Below, one piece after another: positions 19,502 through 26,263 of a DNA stretch of 59,271 nt. The DNA comes from Gemmatimonadales bacterium (GTDB taxonomy: Bacteria > Gemmatimonadota > Gemmatimonadetes > Gemmatimonadales > GWC2-71-9), in the NCBI GenBank assembly GCA_035943355.1, contig DASZCG010000345.1, positions 1 through 59,271 on the forward strand, given 5' to 3'. Numbering within the stretch: the stretch's first letter is position 1; the number at the start of each line of letters is the position of its first letter. The position numbers were made by a program, and so were the translations under genes. A model generated the notes under the pieces. It did not search any database and was not told the DNA's origin. It worked only from the letters and a program-made list of their open reading frames with translations.

Positions 19502-20342
19502 TCTGCACTGCCATTCGACGGCATCCGACGGAGAGTGTGAGCCGGCTGAAGTGGCGCGCCGCGCGCGCGCGGTGGATCTCGCCGCGATCGCGCTGACCGA
19601 CCACGACACCACCGACGGCGTCGCGGATGCGACGCGCGAAGGGGCCACACTCGGCGTGCGCGTGATTCCGGGCTGCGAGTTCAGCGTGCGCGCTCCCTGG
19701 GGCGAGCTGCACGTGCTGGCGCTGTTTCTCCCGACCGAGAGCGAGCGGCTCCAGGACTTTCTGCGGGACACGCGGGCGGCCCGGCGTCGCCGCGGCGAGC
19801 AGATCGTCGCCAAGCTGCAGGGCCTCGGCGTGGACATCGACCTGGACGACGTGCAGTCGCAGCTCGCCGACGGCGACCGCGGCGCCTTGGGCCGCCCGCA
19901 TGTCGCCCGCGCGCTCGTCGATTCCGGTGCCTGCGAGGACATCACCGACGCCTTCCGCCGCTACTTGGGCCGGGGCCGGGCGGCCTACGTCGAGAAGCCG
20001 CTGCCTCAGCTCGCCGAAGTTACGGCGCTCGTGCACGACGTGGGTGGTCTGACCGTCGCAGCGCATCTCGGCGACCGTGGCACCGAAGCCCAGCTGCGCA
20101 TCTTTCAAGACCAGGGACTCGACTGCGTCGAGGTCCGGCACCCCAGCCACGCACCGGCGGTCCAGCAGCGCCTCATGCGCATCGCGGAGCGACTGGGACT
20201 CGGCATCAGCGGTGGTTCGGACTGGCATGGGGAGAGTGAATACGGCGAGTCGCATGCGCCGCTCGGCAGCATGGAGGTCCCGGAGACGTGGTTGCAGCAG
20301 CTCGAGCACCGCCTCGAGCTCAACGCGAGGAAGAGAGCATGA
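19497..20342 (+). CDS. PHP-domain metal-dependent phosphoesterase (TrpH/YciV-like)
   Basis: The ORF track starts at GTG 19551, but the in-frame upstream sequence encodes IDLHCHSTASDG, the PHP HxH motif. Hence a likely ATT 19497 or CTG 19503 start. LTDHDTT follows. Confidence 0.8.
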   Translation: MDLHCHSTASDGECEPAEVARRARAVDLAAIALTDHDTTDGVADATREGATLGVRVIPGCEFSVRAPWGELHVLALFLPTESERLQDFLRDTRAARRRRGEQIVAKLQGLGVDIDLDDVQSQLADGDRGALGRPHVARALVDSGACEDITDAFRRYLGRGRAAYVEKPLPQLAEVTALVHDVGGLTVAAHLGDRGTEAQLRIFQDQGLDCVEVRHPSHAPAVQQRLMRIAERLGLGISGGSDWHGESEYGESHAPLGSMEVPETWLQQLEHRLELNARKRA

Positions 20343-20776
20343 GCGAACCGTTGGCCGTCGGCAGCAAGGCGCCGCCGTTCACGGCCGCGGCGTCCGACGA
20401 CCGCACGTACACGCTGGCCGATCTGCTCAAGCACGGACCGGTGGCGCTCGTCTTTTACCCGGGCAACAACACCCCGGGCTGAAACCGCCAACTCTCCGCC
20501 GTGCGCGATGAGATCGAAAAATTCAAGGCAGCACGGATGCAGCCGTTGGGCGTGAATCCGGCGAGCGTGGACAGTCACAAGAGCTACGTGGCAAAGTTCA
20601 AGTTCAATTTTCCGCTGCTCTCCGATCCCGATCGCGCGATCGCGGGCGCGTACAGCGCCGTGAAGGACGACGGCAAGGGGATCCAGCGGACCGTGTACGT
20701 CATTGGCCGCGACGGAACGGTGCACTTCGCGCAGCGCGGTGCCCCTCCGGTGGATGACATCGTCCGTGCCCGCTGA
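20339..20776 (+). CDS. bcp: Bcp/AhpC-TSA-type peroxiredoxin with in-frame TGA (20480-20482) at the peroxidatic Cys position; probable selenoprotein, otherwise a nonsense pseudogene
   Basis: Same-frame ORFs 20288..20482 and 20501..20776. Joined, they read FYPGNNTPG-TGA-NRQLSAVRDEIEKF...FPLLSDPD...RTVYVIGRDG. There is no Cys anywhere else. ATGA start overlap with the PHP gene. Confidence 0.7.
20493..20513 (+). other. Candidate SECIS-like hairpin 10 nt downstream of TGA
   Basis: UCUC-CGC / loop CGUGC / GCG-(AU bulge)-GAGA, paired by hand. An alternative longer fold spans 20485..20552. Confidence 0.4.
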
Positions 20777-21491
20777 TCTCCACGGCAAGGTCGCCCTCAT
20801 TACGGGTGTCGGGCGCGTCGGGCAAATCGGCCACGCCGTGGCCCGTGGCCTGGGGCGGGCCGGCGCCAAACTGCTGCTCGCGGACGTCAACGCGGTCGGT
20901 CTCGCCGACCGGGTCAAGGAGTTTGCGGCCGAGGGCATAGCCGCCAAGGCCTCCGCCGGTGATCTCACCCAGCCGGAGGCGGCGCAGGCGGCCGCCGCCG
21001 CCGTTCAGTCGCAGTTCGGCGGCCTCGACATCGTGGTGAACGTCGCGGGAGGGTTCTTCAGCTTCGGGCCGTTCACCGAAGTGCAGCCCGACGCGCTTGA
21101 TCGCGAGCTCGCCGTCAACTTCAAGACGGCATTCTTCATGTGCCAGGCGGCGATTCCGGCGCTGCTGGCGCGCGGCGGCGGCGCGATCGTGAACTTTGCG
21201 TCGATTGCCGTCGTGCGCTCATTGATGCACATGTCGGCCTACAGCGCGGCAAAGTCGGCGGTGGCGGGACTGACCCGGGCGCTCGCGCGAGAATATCGCG
21301 ACGCCGGCATTCGTGTGAACGCGGTCGCGCCTGCGACCGTGCGGACCGCCGACAACGTCGCGCAGATGCAGGACCCCAAAGCGCCGCTCGTCGAGCTGGA
21401 GGAGGTGGTCAACACCGTACTCTTCCTGGCGAGTGACGAGGCCAATGCCATCACCGGACAAGTCGTCCCGATCACCGGGAAGGCGTACTAG
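20754..21491 (+). CDS. Short-chain dehydrogenase/reductase
   Basis: Contains GKVALITGVGRVGQIG, NVAG, YSAAKSAV and NAVAPATV. Start ATG 20754 (alternative GTG 20766) overlaps the peroxiredoxin 3' end. Confidence 0.85.
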   Translation: MTSSVPADLHGKVALITGVGRVGQIGHAVARGLGRAGAKLLLADVNAVGLADRVKEFAAEGIAAKASAGDLTQPEAAQAAAAAVQSQFGGLDIVVNVAGGFFSFGPFTEVQPDALDRELAVNFKTAFFMCQAAIPALLARGGGAIVNFASIAVVRSLMHMSAYSAAKSAVAGLTRALAREYRDAGIRVNAVAPATVRTADNVAQMQDPKAPLVELEEVVNTVLFLASDEANAITGQVVPITGKAY

Positions 21492-22222
21492 TGCGGCTCG
21501 AAGGCACGACGGCGCTGGTCACTGGAGCGGGGCGCCGCATCGGGCAGGCGATCGCGATCGGGCTGGCCCAATCGGGGTGCGACGTGGCCGTGCATTACCA
21601 TGGGTCCAAGCAGGGAGCTGAAGCGACGGCGACCGCGGTGCGCGCCGCGGGCCGCCGAGCGGAGCTGATTCGGGGGGACTTGAGCGACCCCATGGCAGCG
21701 CGCGGGCTCGCGGATCAAGCGGTGCGCTCCTTCAAGCGTCTCGACGTCGTCGTCAATTCCGCGGCGATCATGGTGCGCCAGAATGTCGAGGACGTGACGC
21801 CCGCGAGCTGGGACGAGACGCTCGACCTCAACCTCCGCGCCATGTTCTTCGTCTCGCAGGGCGCGATTCCGCATCTGCGGCGCGCCAAGGGCAAGATCGT
21901 CAACATCGCCGACTTGGCGGGTCTCGAGCCGTGGCCGGCGTACGTGCCACACTGTGTCAGCAAGGCGGGCGTCGTGATGCTGACCCAGGCCCTGGCGCGC
22001 GCGCTCGCGCCCGACATCGCGGTCAACGCGATCGCTCCCGGGGCCGTGCTGCTGCCCGACGAGTGGGACGACAAGGCGCGAGAGCACATCCGCGAGACCA
22101 CGCCGCTCAATCGCCTCGGCGAGCCGGCCGACGTGGTAGCCGCCGTGCGGTTCCTGTTGAGCGGCACCGATTACGCCACCGGAACCATCCTCGTGGTCGA
22201 TGGAGGGAGACTCATCCGCTGA
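21491..22222 (+). CDS. Short-chain dehydrogenase/reductase, pteridine-reductase (FolM)-like
   Basis: 243-aa ORF. Contains TALVTGAGRRIG, NSAA and NAIAPGAV. The expected YxxxK reads HCVSK. Confidence 0.8.
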   Translation: MRLEGTTALVTGAGRRIGQAIAIGLAQSGCDVAVHYHGSKQGAEATATAVRAAGRRAELIRGDLSDPMAARGLADQAVRSFKRLDVVVNSAAIMVRQNVEDVTPASWDETLDLNLRAMFFVSQGAIPHLRRAKGKIVNIADLAGLEPWPAYVPHCVSKAGVVMLTQALARALAPDIAVNAIAPGAVLLPDEWDDKAREHIRETTPLNRLGEPADVVAAVRFLLSGTDYATGTILVVDGGRLIR

Positions 22223-22944
22223 GGGACGTCGTCGTGGTCGGTGGGGGCTGCTACGGGACGTTCTACGCGTCGCAACTCGCGACAGCCAAGGCGCGCGGCA
22301 AGACCGATTACCGCACCGTCATCGTGGTCGATCGCAACCCAGATTGCCAGGCGAAACGCGAGCTGGGGGAAGCGCCTGATCGGCAATTCGTGGTGTCCGA
22401 TTGGACCGCGTTCTTCGACGACTGGCTGACCCACGCGCCTCGGACCCCGCACCCCGCACCTGATGACCAAATCGTCCCCAGCCCTCACATGCCCCATCTT
22501 ATGTTCGAGTGGGTGCTTCGACGCGCGCGCGGGCGCTGGCCCACGCGGCGCATCTCGGTCGAGCCGGTGCCCGGCACATTTCCAACACCATACGATCGGT
22601 CCAGTGCCGGTCCCGATTTGACGCGCTACGTCTCGTGGGCCGATTGGATCTGCCCGACGCACTGTATTGAACCCAGGCTCTGCCCCGCGATCGGCGCGCC
22701 GCGAACGTGGGAGATGTCGGACTCGGTCCGGGCGCTTGCCGAGCGGCTGCACGTCGCCGGTCCGGCGTTATTCGTGTGCAAGCACCAGGTGTTCGGCGTC
22801 GGCATGTTCTCGGCGCAAGCCGTGCGTGCCGGTGACCGGCTCGTTGCAGAGGCCGGCGCGGGCGGCGAGCCCGCCGCGATCCTGGTGGGCACAATCTCGA
22901 GCTGCCATGGGGCGCTGAATCTGTTGACGCTGGGGCGCGCGTGA
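22219..22944 (+). CDS. Uncharacterised Rossmann-fold (GGGxxG) protein with a CPTHC-x4-LCP cysteine motif
   Basis: The sensible sequence begins at LRDVVVVGGGCYGTFYASQL. The upstream part of ORF 21931.. overlaps the SDR gene out of frame. Start is CTG 22219 (CTGA junction, GGAGGG 11 nt upstream) or GTG 22234. Confidence 0.6.
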   Translation: MRDVVVVGGGCYGTFYASQLATAKARGKTDYRTVIVVDRNPDCQAKRELGEAPDRQFVVSDWTAFFDDWLTHAPRTPHPAPDDQIVPSPHMPHLMFEWVLRRARGRWPTRRISVEPVPGTFPTPYDRSSAGPDLTRYVSWADWICPTHCIEPRLCPAIGAPRTWEMSDSVRALAERLHVAGPALFVCKHQVFGVGMFSAQAVRAGDRLVAEAGAGGEPAAILVGTISSCHGALNLLTLGRA

Positions 22945-23282
22945 ATCCCAACGAGCGTCGCCGCTATCTGGAGCACGCGCGCGATCTGTTCAATTCCGGT
23001 GACTACTGGTTGGCCCACGAGGCGTTGGAAACAGTCTGGCGTTCTATTATTAGTGAGAACGAGGCACGGGTCTGGCAGGGCTTTATCCAGGCGGCCGCGG
23101 CCCTGCTGCATCGTGCCCGCGGGAACCGCCACGGCACGGTAGTGGTTGGAGCGGCAGCACTGGCAAAGCTGACCGGACCGCAGCAACCCGAAATCGAATA
23201 CGAGATGGTGGACTTTCGCGCGCAGTTGGCGCGCGCCCTCGCGGGGGAGGGCAATCCCCCACGATTGGAATTCATCGCGTGA
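22941..23282 (+). CDS. DUF309 domain protein
   Basis: 113-aa ORF. Contains FNSGDYWLAHEALETVWR...WQGFIQAAAALLH. GTGA junction. Confidence 0.7.
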   Translation: MNPNERRRYLEHARDLFNSGDYWLAHEALETVWRSIISENEARVWQGFIQAAAALLHRARGNRHGTVVVGAAALAKLTGPQQPEIEYEMVDFRAQLARALAGEGNPPRLEFIA

Positions 23283-24250
23283 CTAAGCGTGTCGCACTCA
23301 TCTACGACGTCGTGATCGTCGGCGCCGGTCCCGCGGGGCTGTGCGCCGCGTTGTACGCTGGCCGGGGCATGCTCAAAGCCGTCACCATCGAGCGCGGTGC
23401 ACCAGGCGGCGAGCTGCTCAATACCGATCTCATCGAAGACTACATCGGCTTCGAGAGCATCAAAGGGTGGGATCTCGCGCAGAAGATGACCGAACACGCC
23501 AAGAAGTTCGGCGCTGAAATTGTTACCGATACGGTGGACCGGATCGGCAGGGAAGCGGACGGCTGGTTCGACGTCGAAACCGCCCGCGGCAACACGTACC
23601 GCAGCCAGGCGGTGATCCTCACAGCGGGCGGCACACCGGTGAAGCTCGGTGTGCCCGGGGAAAAAGAATATGCCGGCAAAGGGGTCTCTTACTGTGCGGT
23701 CTGCGACGGCGCGTTCTTCAAGGGTGAGCATCTCGCGGTCGTGGGCGGCGGGGACGCGGCGGTGGAAGAGGCCGATTACCTGACGCGCTATGCCAGCAAG
23801 GTGACGCTGGTGCACCGCCGCGAGGAGTTCCGCGCCTCGAGGCTCCTGCAAGAACGCGCATTTACCAATCCCAAGATCGCCGTCATTCGCAACACGGTCG
23901 TCCCGGAGATCGCCGGCAACGCGAAGGGCGTCACGCACGCGGTATTGGAGCACACGACCACGGGCAAACGCTCCAATCTCGATGTGGGTGGCGTATTCAT
24001 CTTCGCAGGGTTCAAGCCCAACACGCAGCTCGTGGAAGGTCACGTCGATCATGACGCCGGCGGCTACCTGATTACCGATAACAAGATGATGACATCGATG
24101 GCCGGGCTGTTTGCCGCCGGTGACGTGCGCAGCCAGGTGACGCGCCAGATCACCACCGCCGTCGGGGACGCCACGACCGCGGCCATCGCCGTCGAGAAGT
24201 ACCTCAAGTCGGTGCGCGAGAGCGACGGCAAGGTCATGGCCCGCAAGTGA
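23279..24250 (+). CDS. trxB: Thioredoxin-disulfide reductase
   Basis: 323-aa ORF. Contains VVIVGAGPAGL, the redox motif CAVCDG, VVGGGDAAVEEA and GLFAAGDV. Confidence 0.93.
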   Translation: MTKRVALIYDVVIVGAGPAGLCAALYAGRGMLKAVTIERGAPGGELLNTDLIEDYIGFESIKGWDLAQKMTEHAKKFGAEIVTDTVDRIGREADGWFDVETARGNTYRSQAVILTAGGTPVKLGVPGEKEYAGKGVSYCAVCDGAFFKGEHLAVVGGGDAAVEEADYLTRYASKVTLVHRREEFRASRLLQERAFTNPKIAVIRNTVVPEIAGNAKGVTHAVLEHTTTGKRSNLDVGGVFIFAGFKPNTQLVEGHVDHDAGGYLITDNKMMTSMAGLFAAGDVRSQVTRQITTAVGDATTAAIAVEKYLKSVRESDGKVMARK

Positions 24251-24888
24251 AGATCGTCCAGATTCCCAACGGCGTGTTTGCCGAGAACTGTTACCTCGTC
24301 GTCGATGAGCAGGCGCGCGAATGCGCCATCGTCGATCCGGGAGAAGAGGCCGGGTTGATCCTGCACAAAGTGAAGGAGTCGGGCGCCCGGCCCGTCGCGA
24401 TCTGGCTGACGCACGCGCATCTCGATCACGTCCTGGGTGTGGCGCGGGTGGCGAGCGAAACGGGCGCGGCGATCTGGCTCCATCCAGGGGACCAGCCGCT
24501 CTACGACGCCGTGCCCGACCAGGCCGCCTGGTTTGGCCTCGCGCCGCCGGGCCCGCTGCCGGCGCCCGACCAGGCGATGGTGCCCGGTCAGCGCCTGCGC
24601 GTCGGCCAGCTCAGCTTCGAGATCCGGCACGCGCCCGGTCATTCACCCGGCAGCGTCTGCCTGCTCGGACCAGGCGTGGCGCTCACCGGCGACGTGTTGT
24701 TTGCGGGGTCGATTGGACGGACCGACCTGCCGGGCGGGGACTTCGAAACGCTCATCGGCAGCATCGAGCGTGAGTTGCTCCCGCTACCCGATGATACCAT
24801 CGTGTACAGCGGTCATGGACCCGAAACCACCATCGGACGCGAGCGCGCCTCGAATCCCTTCCTCACCGGCGTCTACCGGATCGTCTAA
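24247..24888 (+). CDS. MBL-fold metallo-hydrolase (hydroxyacylglutathione hydrolase-like)
   Basis: 213-aa ORF. Contains THAHLDH, APGHSPGS and SGHGPETTIGRE. GTGA junction. Confidence 0.88.
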   Translation: MKIVQIPNGVFAENCYLVVDEQARECAIVDPGEEAGLILHKVKESGARPVAIWLTHAHLDHVLGVARVASETGAAIWLHPGDQPLYDAVPDQAAWFGLAPPGPLPAPDQAMVPGQRLRVGQLSFEIRHAPGHSPGSVCLLGPGVALTGDVLFAGSIGRTDLPGGDFETLIGSIERELLPLPDDTIVYSGHGPETTIGRERASNPFLTGVYRIV

Positions 24889-24901
24889 AACGCCGCGCTG
24901 C

Positions 24902-25000
24902 ATGCGATGCGGGGCGGAAGTCCGGCCGAAACCGTGGGGTTGTAAGAATCCGTGTCCGAATTGCGGATTCATCTACCCCCTCGGCGACTGCTCTGATTAA
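24902..25000 (+). CDS. Possible 32-aa cysteine-rich (zinc-ribbon-like) small protein
   Basis: MRCGAEVRPKPWGCKNPCPNCGFIYPLGDCSD has 5 Cys. There is no SD and GC3 is below the genome norm, so this may be non-coding. Confidence 0.25.
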   Translation: MRCGAEVRPKPWGCKNPCPNCGFIYPLGDCSD

Positions 25001-25019
25001 TCACATTCTCGCCATCGTA

Positions 25020-25868
25020 TTGCTGGGCATCGACTGCGCCGCCCGCGCGGGCCGCATTCAGCTGGCCACGTGGGCGTCCGGCGGGCGCCTCTCGTTCGCG
25101 GACGCGCTGCGCCTCAACCTGTACGGGGAAGCGGCGTCCACGCTGACGCCGAATCGGTTAGGCGGAGAGCCGGCGCGGTTTCTCGGCATGACGTGGTCGG
25201 GGTTGCGTGTCGTGATGGCGCTGGTCGCGCTGGGCGTGGAAGTCGCTGCGGAATGGCCCGTGTTCGGGATCATGGCGCTGGCGCTCGCCGCCTACTACGT
25301 CCCCGATTGGAGCCAGGCCGCGGACCGCTTCCTCAGTCACAGCCTCGCGCGCGATCTGCTCGGCATCGAGCTCGTCGCGCTCGTCCTGCTGATCTTGGTT
25401 TGGACGTTGCAGCGTCTGGTGCGCCCCGGCGCGATCCGGCATCGCGTGCGGCGGCAATGGCGCGTCGCGCTCGCGCACGTGCGCCGCGCGCCGTGGTGGG
25501 TGTTGTTCGCGGGCGCGTTACTGACGGCCGTGAGCCTCGCCGCGCGCGCCTTGATTCTCCCGGCCCTCGCGTGGGGCCATCCCGATGCGCCGCCCTTCGG
25601 CGTGATGTTCTTCGGGTCGCTCGCGCTGATTCACGCCCCGCTCGTCGTGCCGTTGCCGTCGGGCGGCGGCGGCATCGAGGTCGCGTTTCTGTCCGGATTC
25701 GCGGGCGATTTCGGGGCGGGGCATCAAGTGACGATGCTGCTCCTGTGGCGCTTCTATACGACGATCGTGCTGACGATCCTGGGTATCTATCTGCTGGTGC
25801 GCACGCACGGCACCAAGGCCGCCACGGAGCTGTTCACCGTCGGCTGGTTCCGCCGGCCCCGCCGGTAG
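25020..25868 (+). CDS. Polytopic membrane protein, flippase-like / lysyl-PG-synthase TM-region (UPF0104) family
   Basis: 282-aa ORF from TTG with several hydrophobic helices. The LTPNRLGGEPARF segment looks typical of the family (from memory). Confidence 0.55.
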   Translation: MLGIDCAARAGRIQLATWASGGRLSFADALRLNLYGEAASTLTPNRLGGEPARFLGMTWSGLRVVMALVALGVEVAAEWPVFGIMALALAAYYVPDWSQAADRFLSHSLARDLLGIELVALVLLILVWTLQRLVRPGAIRHRVRRQWRVALAHVRRAPWWVLFAGALLTAVSLAARALILPALAWGHPDAPPFGVMFFGSLALIHAPLVVPLPSGGGGIEVAFLSGFAGDFGAGHQVTMLLLWRFYTTIVLTILGIYLLVRTHGTKAATELFTVGWFRRPRR

Positions 25869-26190
25869 GCGCAGGCGCCATCGCCATCAACACGATCGTG
25901 CGTTCGCTCGCGCGCGCGACACCGTGCGGGATGGAGGCCGGGGCGACGATCAAATCGCCGGGACCCGCCGCGACGGTGTTCTCGCCGATGATGAAAGTAG
26001 CCTTTCCACTGAGCACCACATAGAATTTGTCGGCGCCCGCGTGCGTGTGCACCGATTGGCTTTGTCCCGGCTCGAAGCAGTTGAGCCCCACGATCAGGCG
26101 GTGGGATCGAAAGCAGTCGAGCTTCGTCATGGCGTCCGCGCGGAACGCGGCGCGCTCGAGCAGATGCTGCACCAATTCTGGGGATTCCAT
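25834..26190 (-). CDS. Cupin domain protein
   Basis: Start taken at MESPELV (ATG 26190). Cupin motifs GQSQSVHTHAGADKFYVVLSG and PASIPHGV. 35-nt convergent overlap with the upstream gene. Confidence 0.75.
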   Translation of the reverse strand: MESPELVQHLLERAAFRADAMTKLDCFRSHRLIVGLNCFEPGQSQSVHTHAGADKFYVVLSGKATFIIGENTVAAGPGDLIVAPASIPHGVARASERTIVLMAMAPAPTGGAGGTSRR

Positions 26191-26263
26191 GGGCGATTCC
26201 TGGCTCCAGACGGACGATACGCGCAGGGAGCGAAATGATACGACTGGGACCGGGGGTGGGCCA

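Noticed and set aside
21931-22218. N-terminal 96 codons of ORF 21931..22944
   Set aside because: They lie entirely inside the SDR gene in another frame and are Arg-rich junk. The real protein begins near the GGGxxG motif.
24437-24901. 187-aa ORF overlapping the MBL hydrolase gene
   Set aside because: It is out of frame within a motif-supported gene. Only its last 32 codons (24902..25000) lie in free space, and these are treated separately.
26181-26200. GGCGATTCCTGGCTCC near the cupin start as a fourth copy of the GGCGATTAGCTTCTC motif
   Set aside because: Only 11 of 16 positions match, the TAGCTT core is absent, and it lies on the coding edge of the cupin gene.
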